From the NCBI GenBank assembly GCA_054661495.1, contig BAAFSQ010000030.1, positions 27,931 to 59,930 on the forward strand: 32,000 bases of DNA, in the 5' to 3' direction. Position numbers and translations under genes: made by a program. This DNA is from Zygophlyctis sp. KS116. Lineage: Eukaryota; Fungi; Chytridiomycota. This document shows, piece by piece, positions 1 to 11,488 of the stretch (positions within the stretch are counted from its first letter, which is position 1; the number at the start of each line of letters is the position of its first letter). The notes below the pieces were generated by a model, which was not told the origin of the DNA, did not search any database, and worked only from the letters and a program-made list of their open reading frames with translations.

Positions 1-249
1 AGCCCATGTCGTATGCTTACTCCAATTCTCGAAAGAGTGGTTAAAAACTCTACAGATTTGACACTTGTAAAGGTAAATGTTGATGAACCCAAAGCATTTG
101 CAATGGTTCAAAAGTATGAGGTAAGTTTAATTTAATTTTGATAATAGGTTGCATCACTTCCAACTGTTGCTCTTTTCAAAAATGGGAAATTCATTAAACA
201 ATTTGTGGGTGTTCGTTCAGAAGAATTCGTAAAAAACTTTATAAAGTAG
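1..249 (+). CDS. Thioredoxin (5'-truncated by the window edge)
   Basis: Frame 1 reads SPCRMLTPILERVVK...KVNVDE...KYE, then a 27-nt intron (121-147), then VASLPTVALFKNGKFIKQFVG...FIK*. This is the second half of the CxxC motif plus the cis-Pro 'PT' and 'FKNG' motifs. Missed by the ORF track. Confidence 0.85.
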
Positions 250-270
250 AAAATTTTAGAGATTTTAGAT

Positions 271-1331
271 TTATTTCCCTCTAATTGTAGACTGTTTGCC
301 TGATGGACTTCCAGGCTTTCCTCCTACAGAACCTTGAGAACCAGTTTGAGGCTTTGTTGTTCCAGTAGATTCCTTTAGAGCAAGCAACTGTTTAGTTCTA
401 AAAGTCTCATAATGAACCATTGCAGTTGCATCAACCAGCTCTTGTAAATGACTTTTAAGTAAAAAATCACGAAAAGCCATAAATTCACAGTGATTGGGAT
501 CCTTTACTAAGAATCTTAAAAATTTTAAAAATTTACTATTTATAGTTCCCCATTTAGTTCTTCTTCCAGGAGTTGCTTTACCATCAATGACTACATTTCT
601 TTCAGATCCTACTACAGCAAAAGGCATTAAAGACTATTAATTTTAAATAATAAAATAAATACAGAAAGCTCATCATTAACTTGTTTTTCAGCTTGACTTT
701 GACCTTCTAAATCTAATCCATAAATATTTGGATAGACTTGAATCCCATGAACTTTTAACTCATCCTTGACTCTAGCCTTGAATTCCAACCTTTCTTCCAA
801 TGTTAAAGTATCAGATTTTGCAATTACAGGAATTAAATTTGCACATTCAGAAATCGCCTTCATTGCTAAAACATCCAATGAAGATAATCCATGACCAGAA
901 GGAAAAACAAAGTAAATCACAGCATGTACACGAGTATCTGTAATAGTACGTTCCCTTGCTGGAGTTAATTCTCTTCTTAGATATAGAGAGTATTGATCTC
1001 TAATATACTTTACTATTGGTTCCCATGCTTTTTCATTATTGATCAGATCACCAAAACCTGGAGTATCTACAATAGAAACCTTTACTTGAATGTCATTCTC
1101 TACAATCAAGTGAGTTTTAACCTGAACTTCTGTAGTTTTACTTAATTCATAAGATTTGCCGACCGAATTCTTCAAATGACAAGCAAAAATTGAATTTACT
1201 AGAGTTGATTTTCCCAGTCCAGACTTTCCAACAACCATGAGATTAAAAGTAAAACCTTTTTTATTCAACTTTTGAATAATCTGTTGTGGTATTGTATCTA
1301 GTCCAGTGTATGATTCAGGAGTAATCGACAT
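271..1331 (-). CDS. CDC10: Septin, Cdc10/AspD-like
   Basis: YTGLDTIPQQI...KKGFTFNLMVVGKSGLGKST, DTPGFGD, AKSD and PFAVVGS motifs; no C-terminal coiled coil. Introns 634-662 (29 nt) and 507-536 (30 nt). Confidence 0.9.
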
Positions 1332-1485
1332 TTTTTTGATTTCTGAGCTTTCACCCTTTAGACTAGAACGCTGGCCTACAACTTTTACGTATGTGTTGGC
1401 GTGTATAAGCCTATGGGAAGCCCCTGTACCTGTGTTTACGTTGGCGTGGCTTTACCGACGGACCGTCCACCGCTGGGTTAGAAAA

Positions 1486-1896
1486 ATGAAATTTTGTTCA
1501 AGATTTCTGTCTGTAAACAAGTATGGAGAATGGCTGACTCCTAAAATTACTACTTACTCTCCTCCTGCATTCCCTTTAAAAACTAGACCTGATGAAAATA
1601 TACAGGCATTTAGAAAAAGACTATTGTATAATTCAAGAAAAAGAGGAATATTAGAAACAGATTTATTGCTTTCTAGTTGGGCGGACAAGAATTTAGAGAT
1701 TTTGGATCTCAAGAGTCTAAAGGAATATGAAATTTTATTACATGAAAATGATTGGAATATTTATTATTGGCTTACAAAGTCAATGGAGGCTCCCATACAT
1801 ATAAGTAAATTAGGAATTCTAGAGTCTTTGATACTGCATTCACTTAATTTAGAAAAGAAAATTCTTAGAATGCCAGAATTGGATAAACAAGAGTAG
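1486..1896 (+). CDS. SDH5: Succinate dehydrogenase assembly factor 2 (Sdh5/SDHAF2)
   Basis: RKRLLYNSRKRGILETDLLL and ENDWNIYYW motifs. Start placed at the aaaaATG at 1486, not the ORF-track start at 1306. Confidence 0.9.
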   Translation: MKFCSRFLSVNKYGEWLTPKITTYSPPAFPLKTRPDENIQAFRKRLLYNSRKRGILETDLLLSSWADKNLEILDLKSLKEYEILLHENDWNIYYWLTKSMEAPIHISKLGILESLILHSLNLEKKILRMPELDKQE

Positions 1897-2025
1897 ATAA
1901 TTTTATTTTATTTTAGCTAGATTTTACATTTTATCTAGTGAATCTTTATTTTATGGACCTAAGTATATTTTAGTTACAGTAGTTTACACATTGACCTGAA
2001 AGATTCTAACCTAGACTTTAGTAAA

Positions 2026-3124
2026 ATGTCCAAAGATATTGAATTGACGCCGGCGCCTACAGACTCTGTTTCACACTTGAGTTGGTCTCCGGTTGCTGAT
2101 TTTATTTCAGTGGCTTCTTGGGATAATACTACAAAGATTTATCAGGTGTTGGGAAATGGGAGTTCACAAGGAAAAGCACAAATTCAACATGATCAACCGG
2201 CGCTTTGTAGTGCATGGTCAAAAGTAATTTGGGTTTTATAATGTAAAGGATGGAAGTAAAGTTATTTCAGTAGGAGCGGATAAGGCGGGGAGGTTGTTGG
2301 ATGTTAATACAGGGCAGGTTTCGCAAGTGGCAGGGCATGATGCTCCAATAAAATGCTGTAAATGGATTGATGATGTCGGTGGAATGAATAATATTGTTGT
2401 TACAGGAAGTTGGGATAAGACTGCAAAGGTTTTATTTTTCTAAATTTATATAAAGTATTGGGATCTAAGAAGTCCAAATCCAGTTCATACTCTACAATTA
2501 CCAGAAAGATGTTATTCTCTGGATGTAAAAGGTCCGTTAATGGTGATTGCAACGGCTGAAAGACATATTCAAATTTATAATTTGAGTAATCCTTCAACTC
2601 CTTTTAAAGTATTTATTTCAAAAATTTATTATAGACTATACAATCACCGCTTAAATGGCAAACAAGAGTTGTTGCTTGTTTTCCTAGTTTTAATGGTTTT
2701 GGTATTGGTTCAATTGAAGGGAGAGTGGGAATACAATATGTGGAAGACAAGGACTCTGCGTATATTTTTAGATTTAACTATTAGAAGTAATTTTTCATTC
2801 AAATGTCATCGAGATGATAAAAATGTGTATTCAGTTAATGATATTTCTTTTCATCCTGGTTATGGAACGTTTTCAACTTCTGGAAGCGATGGATGCTTTA
2901 ATTTTTGGGATAAAGACTCTAAACAAAGATTAAAAGTGGCTCCAAGTGTTGGTGTGCCTATTTCAGCTACCGCATTTAATTATAATGGAAGTATATTCTC
3001 GTACGCTGCATCATATGATTGGTCTAAAGGGCATGAACATCATCAGCAAGGTGCCAAAAGCGCCGTTTATTTGCATCCAACAAAGGATGAAGATATTAAG
3101 CCCAGAGCATCTAAAAAACGATGA
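2026..3124 (+). CDS. RAE1: mRNA export factor Rae1/Gle2 (WD40)
   Basis: TGSWDKT, SPLKWQTR, GSIEGRV, FSFKCHR and YDWSKG motifs after removing introns 2224-2248, 2429-2455, 2609-2634 and 2760-2784. Confidence 0.95.
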
Positions 3125-3155
3125 TATATTAACATCAACAAAGTGGAAATTTATT

Positions 3156-6100
3156 TTAAACAGCAATTGAGGTTTCATTTTGACTTCTTTCATCTGCTTC
3201 TGCTTCCATCTCTGTCACTGCTTGCGGAACTTGTATGGCGGCAGAATCTCCTCGATCATCCACTGCTTGTTGAATTTCTTTTCCGCTGATACCAGATACA
3301 GTCGGACCTTCTCCAGCAAAAGATGATACAGGCCTTGAGATATTGGCAGGGTTATTGGGGTGAATATGAGTGGTTGCAGACATATTGAAACCCCCTCCAG
3401 AGAATTTGGGAACGGTTGGAAGTTGTGGATTGATAGTTTTATATTCCCCAACCATGTGCCTTGAATTTAGCAAATAGTTTATATCTTACCCACTCTTTTT
3501 TGAAATTAAATCCACGTTATATGATATCTGAGCGGCAGGTGTATAGAGTAGTCTTTCAAAAGCAGCTGTTCCTAATTTTTCTTTCATTCGCTCCGTAATA
3601 GATGTAATTTTGCTATCTGCCTTTAGTTTTTTTCTTTGTTCAAAGTATTTCTTTTTCAAATCCTGGATTTCTCGATTTAAACGTTCGATTTCAAATTTAT
3701 ACTCATTGATCTGAGACTGATACATATTCAATTCTGATGCGAGAGCCTTTTTATTAGATTAGAAGCAATACCTTTGATTCTCGCACTTTGACTTTTACTG
3801 CTTCTTTAACTATCCGTAATTCTTCTATAACTTCAGGTCCTGGCTGTCTTTGAAGAACTTCTTTAATATCTTTATATAATTTTTCCTTTTGCTGGATAAC
3901 CAATTCTTTTTCTACAACATCTTCAGTCTTTGCTATCAGCCGCTTTTGAAGCGTTTGTATCTTGGTTATTAACTCAAAGGTTGAGGGATCAGACCCCGAC
4001 AGTTTTCTCCACCTGTGAATATTCATTGGTGATTCAAGCTCCTCTAATCATTTATTAAATTTAATTCACCTTCCAAGACTTTTACTCTGGTTCGTTCTCT
4101 TAAGACTTCTCGTTGGAGTCTGAATATTTCGCTTCTCAAACTTTGAACATTTTGAGTTTCTGTCTGCAATATTGCCTTTTCTCTTCGAAGCTTTTTGATT
4201 TCCAGCTTCAAAACTCGAATGTCTTCAACTCTTTCTCTATATTGTATCTCTCCTTTATTCAGAGTAGATGCCTGGATCTTAATTTTTTCATAAAGAAGTG
4301 AAAGCTCATCATTTCTCCTAATTAGCTGGGTTCCTAAAATATCCTATTTTTCAATATAGACTAGAAATACCCTTTCCTGGATCACATTTGCGAATTCTTT
4401 TTTTTGCCTAAGTCTTTCTAAGTCGGCCTCTGATATTATATGACGTAATTTCTCTTCTTCGGCTTCCTTTTCATTAGACTTTATTTTAATTTACTTGATT
4501 CTGAATCATTTGCTGTGACTCTTCAAACTGGTATTGGACTCTAGCTATTTGTGAAGACAAGGATTCTTTTTCCTTTTCCAGTTTTGTATGCTCAAAATGT
4601 TCTTTGATAAGTGCATTTTCCTTTGTGGCTATTTCTTCTTTTAATTGCTCAATTTGGTGAGACATGATCTTCAATTTCCTTTTCATTTCAATCACTTCAT
4701 CTTGCGACTCTAATAGATTCTTAGAATACATGTTGCGATCAGTTCTAACCGATTCATACATTAACTAATGCTTAAGTAGAAAAAAATTACTTGCTGCTCT
4801 TTCATTTTTCTTTCAAGCTCTATTATTTTCTTTTTTGAGTCAAAAATAATTAAATCCCTTAGTTTTAGTTCCTCATCTTTTTTCATATAATTTTCATAAC
4901 TGCTCGCAGCTTCAGCTATTTTAATATCTCTTTCCTTTTCCAGGGAAAATATTAGCTAAATTTAATGGAATTAAAGCAACCTTTCTCATTTTCGCAGCTT
5001 CATCTTTAAATCCACTTATTTCTTGCTCTAAATTTCTATGTGTCTGCTCTGAAAGTTTTACAATATTAAATTGTTTCTGAGTTGCTCCACTGGCCTTTAC
5101 TACGTTTTTAAGTGCCACATCTCTCTCTCTTGTCAAGGAATCTATCTGTTTCTGACGTGTGTCGGATTCCTTTTGAAGCATTTCCATTGAATGATTAAGC
5201 GAAGCATTGGTTGCCTTTTGTTAAAAAACTCAATTACCTTAAGCACATCTCTTTCCACTTCTGCCGAGCTTTTGGCGTCTTCGATCACTTTAAGTCGTTT
5301 TGTTAGACTATCTCTAGCCCTTGAAATCATTTTGAATTCGTCTTTCTGTTTTGAGACCTCTTCTTTCCAAGAATCTAAATTTTCGACATACTTATTGTTT
5401 TCATTCATTAACCTCAGTATCGTCTGCGTTTGCTCTTCATAATCCTGTTGTATTCTTAAATTTTTTGAATGCACATGATCTTTCTCTTGCTCCAACTTTT
5501 CAGCCTTAATTCTATCATCTCTTGAAGCTGCTTCTACTCTTATCATTTGCTCGCGAATGGATTTGCTCTCCTGCGCTTTGAGAGCCATTTCTGCATCTCT
5601 TTTAGCTAGTGAATCATTTGCTTGCTTGAGAGCAGATTCAAGTTTTTCCCTAGCTCTACTTTCTCTATCATTTTCGGATTTTTTAGCAGAGAGTAGATCT
5701 TTTAAATTTAATATTTCCTCATCCATTTTAAATTTATCATCAATTAATGCTTGAATTTTTTCCTCCATTGTTGTATTCTCAACTGTAAGATACTGTGCCT
5801 CCTGATTTGATGAATCTAATCTCTCTTGAAGTCTTTGAAGATCCTACCTTATTAATTTTTAAATATTACAGATTTTAGATGCCTTATAGTAGTTTCTTGT
5901 TCCATTTGCAGTTCCAGTAGTCTATTTTTGCCAAACCCAACATTATTCTGTACTGGAATTGAAGCTGTAAGCCCTGATTCATTTAATGAAGTTTTAAGAG
6001 ATTCTACTTCTACTTTTAAACTAGAAATTGCTTCTTTAGATCTTTCTTCGCGTTCATTTAGTGATTCCACCACTTCCCAAGCCTTTTTAGCTTCTTTTTT

Positions 6101-6610
6101 TAATGATGATATAGTGATTCTATCATTTTGAGATAATTTTAATGCAGCTAAAACTTTACTAGCATTTGAATTTAGTTCTTGAGTTAATTCTCTACATTTT
6201 TTCATAAGTGCCTTTTCATTTTTCCTAGATTGAACAAATAGCCCATGAATTTTTTCATATTCACTCTTCATTTTTAAAAACATTGGATCGTCTTGAGTCT
6301 CTTGATTTGCGTTACTAAATACTCCCATTGTTTCTTGAAACTCTTTTATAGCAGCCTCATCTTGCGCAACTGGCTCAGGCTCAGCCACGGGTACTTGCTC
6401 ATCAATCGTTTCCTTTGATCTTTTTACTATATCTCCAAGAATTGATGTTGCTGACTCTATGGATTCTTCTGAAAATATTTTATCCTTGTCCGATACATGA
6501 TCTTTCTGATCTGTCGGACTGTTTGAATTATTTTCTCCAGGATTTTCATCTTGAACTGGATCCTGCTGATTCTGAGTCTTTTCTATATCATCAGCCTCTT
6601 CATTTGGCAT
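3156..6610 (-). CDS. CFAP58: Cilia- and flagella-associated protein 58 (CCDC147 family coiled coil)
   Basis: YESVRTDRN, ERDILGTQLIRRNDELSLLYEKIK, PMNIHRWRKLSGSDP and KFSGGGF motifs. Nine introns of 23-30 nt (e.g. 5844-5869, 5215-5237, 4956-4980, 4344-4370) join the ORF fragments into one frame. Confidence 0.9.
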
Positions 6611-6683
6611 TTTCTGTTAGATTTGATGATATGAATGACGTTTGATTAAAATTCCCGATATATGCGCCGATTTACCCCAATGC

Positions 6684-6825
6684 ATTGAGTCAGCTATATA
6701 AATCCTATTAGAACCGTATCAATACGTCTGTAAATTGATATCGCTGTTAGAGGATTGTTCAGTCATATGCTAAAGAGTAAATAATGCGTCGCATGAAAGC
6801 AAGCGGCTAGATGGATTGACTCAGC
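6684..6825. promoter_or_regulatory. Two AP-1/Gcn4-type bZIP sites in a divergent promoter
   Basis: ATTGAGTCAGC at 6684-6694 and ATTGACTCAGC at 6815-6825, both TGA(C/G)TCA cores with identical flanks. Confidence 0.45.
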
Positions 6826-6924
6826 GGTGGCACTAGAAATGAGGACCGTTTAGTAATAATTGTATTTAGAATGTGAATACATATAAAATTGAATGAAAAG
6901 CTCAATTTGAAGGAAACAAATTTG

Positions 6925-7800
6925 ATGGCAAGTCCAAGTGATTCTTTGGAAGCAAAAGACTTGGATTTACTAAAGTTGTTTCGCAAGGAGCAAGAGAATT
7001 TCAGAAATCATTTGGCTCTCAAGGAAGAAGAAATCTTGAATTTAAAATCGCTTTTAAATAGGAATTGTAGCTCTCAGCAAACTCAAACTGAGGCCAAACA
7101 AGGGGATTTTGATGAAATATTTGATAAATTAGATATAAATGGTTTGGGTAAAGATGGAGTAAAACTTAAAATAATTAATGAAGTCATGTCGGTAGACTCT
7201 GATTCTGTTCCATTTTTTGAATCGATTCAGCAATTTAAAGATTGGATATCAGATTTACAAGGTAGAGCTGATGATCATTTTACACACTCTAATCAGCAAT
7301 CAGACTTACAATCTTCTCATCAGTCTGAAAATAAGTCTCAAGGTCAGTCTGAAAGTCAGTCTCCCGGAAGAAATGCAATCATCAATTCATCAAATTCAGA
7401 AGAATCACAAACAGATAAAATATTAGCATACTCATTATTGTCATTGTTTGCAAAGGATTTGAAGAATACAGTCGCTAAAAAATCACCAAAAACACAAACT
7501 AGTCAAAAGGTTTTGGATTTAAATGATAAATATCATAGCACTTTAAAGTATTTGAATTATCAGATGCAAGTTAATGCAGATATGAAAAAACTTCTTGTAG
7601 ACACTGTAGTTGGATCTCAAATGAGTAAGAGTTACTCTTTTTGGGGTTCAGATCCAGAAATTCAGAAAAATATTCTAGATTTATATAATGATTCTCTAGT
7701 TAAAATTGGAAAGCTAAACTTTAAAATAGATTCTCTAGAAGCTCAAAACTTTCAGTTGAATCAGATACTAGAGGAATTTTTAATGGCAACTATAGACTAA
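6925..7800 (+). CDS. Intronless coiled-coil protein of unknown function, with a weak golgin-45-like segment
   Basis: Open frame of about 290 codons; first ATG at 6925 (the ORF track starts at a TTG at 6889). Segment LNYQMQVNADMKKLLV. Confidence 0.65.
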   Translation: MASPSDSLEAKDLDLLKLFRKEQENFRNHLALKEEEILNLKSLLNRNCSSQQTQTEAKQGDFDEIFDKLDINGLGKDGVKLKIINEVMSVDSDSVPFFESIQQFKDWISDLQGRADDHFTHSNQQSDLQSSHQSENKSQGQSESQSPGRNAIINSSNSEESQTDKILAYSLLSLFAKDLKNTVAKKSPKTQTSQKVLDLNDKYHSTLKYLNYQMQVNADMKKLLVDTVVGSQMSKSYSFWGSDPEIQKNILDLYNDSLVKIGKLNFKIDSLEAQNFQLNQILEEFLMATID

Positions 7801-7919
7801 GTATATATTCTGACAATTTTATCTAAACAGAATGTTAAACCATTTAATATGCAAGGTTTGAAATATGGCCTGTCAATATGATGTTATCGCACAATTTATA
7901 GCAATACAAGGTTTTGATT

Positions 7920-10900
7920 TCAAGTTTGTCTTTTCTTTCCTGATTGATTTTTAAGTTGCTTTTCTAAATTATCCAATTCAAATATATGATCGGTCTCTAA
8001 GGCCTTTGCTTCTTCAAGACGTTCTTGTAGTCTTAAATTTTCGTATTGTAGTCTTTGAGTTTTTATGCAAAAATCTGAGATCATAACTTCTTGATCACAA
8101 ATTGTATTTTCACAATTTTCGAGTTCAGCTTTTATTATGCTGATTTCCGCGGTAAGATTCTTGATAAGTATATGTGAATCACGAAGCCTTATTTCATATT
8201 TTAGTTTTTCTTGCATCACAGACTTTAATGCTTGTTTGGCGTCCTGAGATTCATTTTCTTTGATCAATTTATCAATAGCCATGTTCTTTTCAAAAATTTC
8301 ACGCTCAAAATCCGATGTTTTGAGTTTGATTCCTTTATCCATTATTTTAATTGATGAAATCAATTCCCTCATTCGAGCATCTTTTACATTTACAGATTCA
8401 GTCAACTTTGAAATCACACCCAATGATTCAGAGAGCTTAATACAAGAGTTTCTAATATCTTTTTCTAGGAACCTTATTTTTGATACTGTATTCGCAACTC
8501 TGATTTCTTCATCAAGAGAGGGTAAATTTTTGTTTCTCCTGTTCGATATACCCAATATCACTTCAATTTCAAAAAACAAAGTTTTCCACACTGTCAATTC
8601 TTTTTCAGAGCAAAGTTTAGATTGATCGTGTGTGGAATCAAGTCTTTCTGTTATTTTTTTTCTCGGACAAAGATCAATTTGAGATTTTTCATTCATGGAG
8701 GATATCTGATTTCGGTTCATTTCAATCTTCATATTCAATTCTTCACGCTCAGCAATTAATCTGGAATTTTCGAGACGTAAATTATGAATCTCTTGATTAG
8801 ATTGTTTTTGATCCCAATGTTGTTTTTGATTTTCGGATAAAGTTGCTTGCAGATGAGCATAAAGTTTTTTCAAGCAATGTCCTCTTTTATCATATAGATC
8901 TTTAGATTTCTTTAATTCGGTTTTCAGTGATTCTTTAGATTCAATCAGTTGGTTCTTATTGTATAGCATTTCCTTTTCTAATTTGAGTACCATATCACAA
9001 TAAAAATTATTTGGAGATATATTATTATCTCTATTTCTATTTTCAGATTCTAGCTTCTTTATTTGACCTTTTAATAAATTCTTTACTTCTCTAAAGGACT
9101 GCTCTTTTTCTTTCATATCCATTTTGATTTGATGCGTCGTATTTTTTATTAAATCGATCGCTTTTTGTTTAATCAAGTTATTAGCATCATCGAGTTCTTG
9201 TACAGCTTTGATGGATAAACAAGATGAAATTTGATTAATCAAATCGTCTTGTGACCGTTTCAACTTAATGTTATCATTAAGTGTGGTTTCTAGTTTTACA
9301 TCATTCAAAATTCTTTCAGAGATAAGCTGTGAAGTAACAGCTAATAATTGGTCGTGCAGTTTTTCATTTACCAGTTTCTGAGCATTTATCAGATTGCGTT
9401 TTTTCTTAGTTAGGTCACTTTCAGTATAGCTCGGTAAATTTTCAAACATGTTACTGCTGAAATTATCCTTTAATCTAATATCCTCTATTTCTTTATGAGA
9501 TTTTTCAATTTTATGATATGTACACTTGATTTCGGTTTCAATTGGTCGTGTTAATACACTTGATTGATAAATCAATGAAGACTTAGCGTTAGATGTGTTA
9601 GTTTTCCTGATGATATATGAACTTGGGGTGCCTTCATCATTAGAAATGTAAGATTCATCATCGGAGTCTTGTGTAATTCCGTCATTGGCGACCTGACTAT
9701 TTGACTGCTGGGCGGCGTTAAAGCTTTCTATTAGCCTAGAAAAAGTCTCAAAAAATGCCCTCTTTGCAGCAGCAGATTTAAAACTTATAACCAAAGATGA
9801 ATTTTCGACAATAAATTCTAAATCTATCAAATTTAGCATATTTTCAAAATTATACCAATATCATTATCGCTGGGATGGATTTTGAAGGATGACTCTAAAA
9901 TGCAAATATCTAGAATAGTAGTATAAATCCCTCCCCAGGATTTTTTTGCAACGACTATACTGTCATTCAAGAGGTAAATATATCCCTTATTTTTCTTAAC
10001 TCGATCAAGAAAAATCTTTTCTTCCTTCAGCACTACACAGCCAGGCTTCTAACAATTAATGTTTATAATGCGATACCACAAAACATTTATTGCTAAATTT
10101 AGAAAGTTTTTTTGATAGGCTTTGCTTCATAGAATCATTTATCAATGTAATTATTTTTTCGATATGAAGTAGAGTATTTTTTAAGGATAATGTATCTTTT
10201 CCATCTGATTCAAACTCTTTTATAATTTGCTTTTGTTAGATTGTTTAGTGCAAACCTTTAATAGCAACGGATATTTGCAAATTCTTTGTATCGGACAGAA
10301 AAGAAAAGATTCCAGTCCCAATTTTCTACTTTTTTGCTGAGATCTTAACCTCTAATATTCATCATTAAATAGATACATTAAATAAATCCCTAGCATTTGC
10401 TTTTTTCTCCACTTTTTGCAATTTGTTCTTCGCCGATTGATAATTATTACCATATTCTATATACGCCAAAAAATCTTCCAATCTAGCAGCTAAAATATTG
10501 GATAGCTGTGCAGGATTTTGTGAGCCTTGAATTATGAAAAATTCCAAATCATCATTCAGTATCATATGAAATTGAATTAGTTGGTCAATGTTTCCAAAAA
10601 TGGTTTTCACGGCCTTTTCAGATAGACCCAGTAACTTTGATACAACTGTCCGACAATGCTATGGATTATATTTCTGTTCTTACTCTTATAAGATATAAAT
10701 CCTGTAAATATTTCCATTCTGTGTCCACCAATTCATTTAAGGACATGTATTCATTATTTGGAAGCAAGCTTTTTGGACCAATCAGAGTTCTGGTTTTCAT
10801 CTGCTCTTTTAGGGACTCATCCCCTTCCTTTACTTCTGTTATATAGCCTTTGGGACTGTCTGATAAGGTCGTAACAGAATTCAATGACAAAATCAAGTCA

Positions 10901-11346
10901 TCTGCCTCTATCACTAGATCACTTTTGATAGCATTTGGAACCGGTACTGAATTACACCTAGTTCTAAAGTTAGCCTTAGTAATTTGAAACTCTAGATCAC
11001 AATCAGCTGATCGTGATCTTTTATGTCCATTTTGTGTTTGTTGATCCTGATCATTGGAACTATTGGCCGATTTAGCATGAGTAGATGTAGCGTGCAGTTT
11101 GAAAGGTATACTGGGAAAGAGTCCGGAAAGTGGATTTCCATTTCTAGATTGTAATTCCTTCATTCCTTTACAACACCCGCCTTCCGGACATTCCGGAGTG
11201 ATGATCATATGTTCTGTAAGCAGATCTAATGTCTCCTTTCCATCTTCTAATAAATCCCCATCAGCTTGAGTGAATCTTCCTTGCTTAATTGCCTGATTTG
11301 TTAATTCATCATTTGAAGAGTCTTTCATCGGATTGCGTTCGGACAT
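7920..11346 (-). CDS. Dbl-family RhoGEF (DH plus PH-like) with a long C-terminal coiled coil
   Basis: ELVDTEWKYLQDL, KTIFGNIDQL and LESFLFCPIQRICKYPLLLK are DH-domain signatures. Five introns of 25-32 nt join four ORF-track fragments. Confidence 0.85.
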
Positions 11347-11488
11347 TTTCGGAATTTAGTGACCAAGATCAGATCTTTTGTTATCATATACTTGTACTTT
11401 ATACTGAAAATATGATAACATCTTGGGGATCAATAGCTTACCGCAAGGTTTAAGCCAAAGGGTACATTGTATCACCCTAAGATTATTA

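Noticed and set aside
1306-1485. N-terminal extension of the SDH5 ORF overlapping the CDC10 start
   Set aside because: It spans the GC-rich divergent promoter and looks non-coding; the ATG at 1486 has the A-rich context seen at other genes.
4344-4370. Apparent non-canonical junction in CFAP58
   Set aside because: Re-reading gives a normal 27-nt GT-AG intron that restores ERDILGTQL.
4113-8625. Antisense ORFs at 4113-4301, 5191-5442, 5557-5754, 5928-6131 and 8260-8625 (also 21265-21789 and 29995-30537)
   Set aside because: These are Ser/Phe/Leu-rich shadows of Glu/Lys-rich coding strands with no recognisable motifs.
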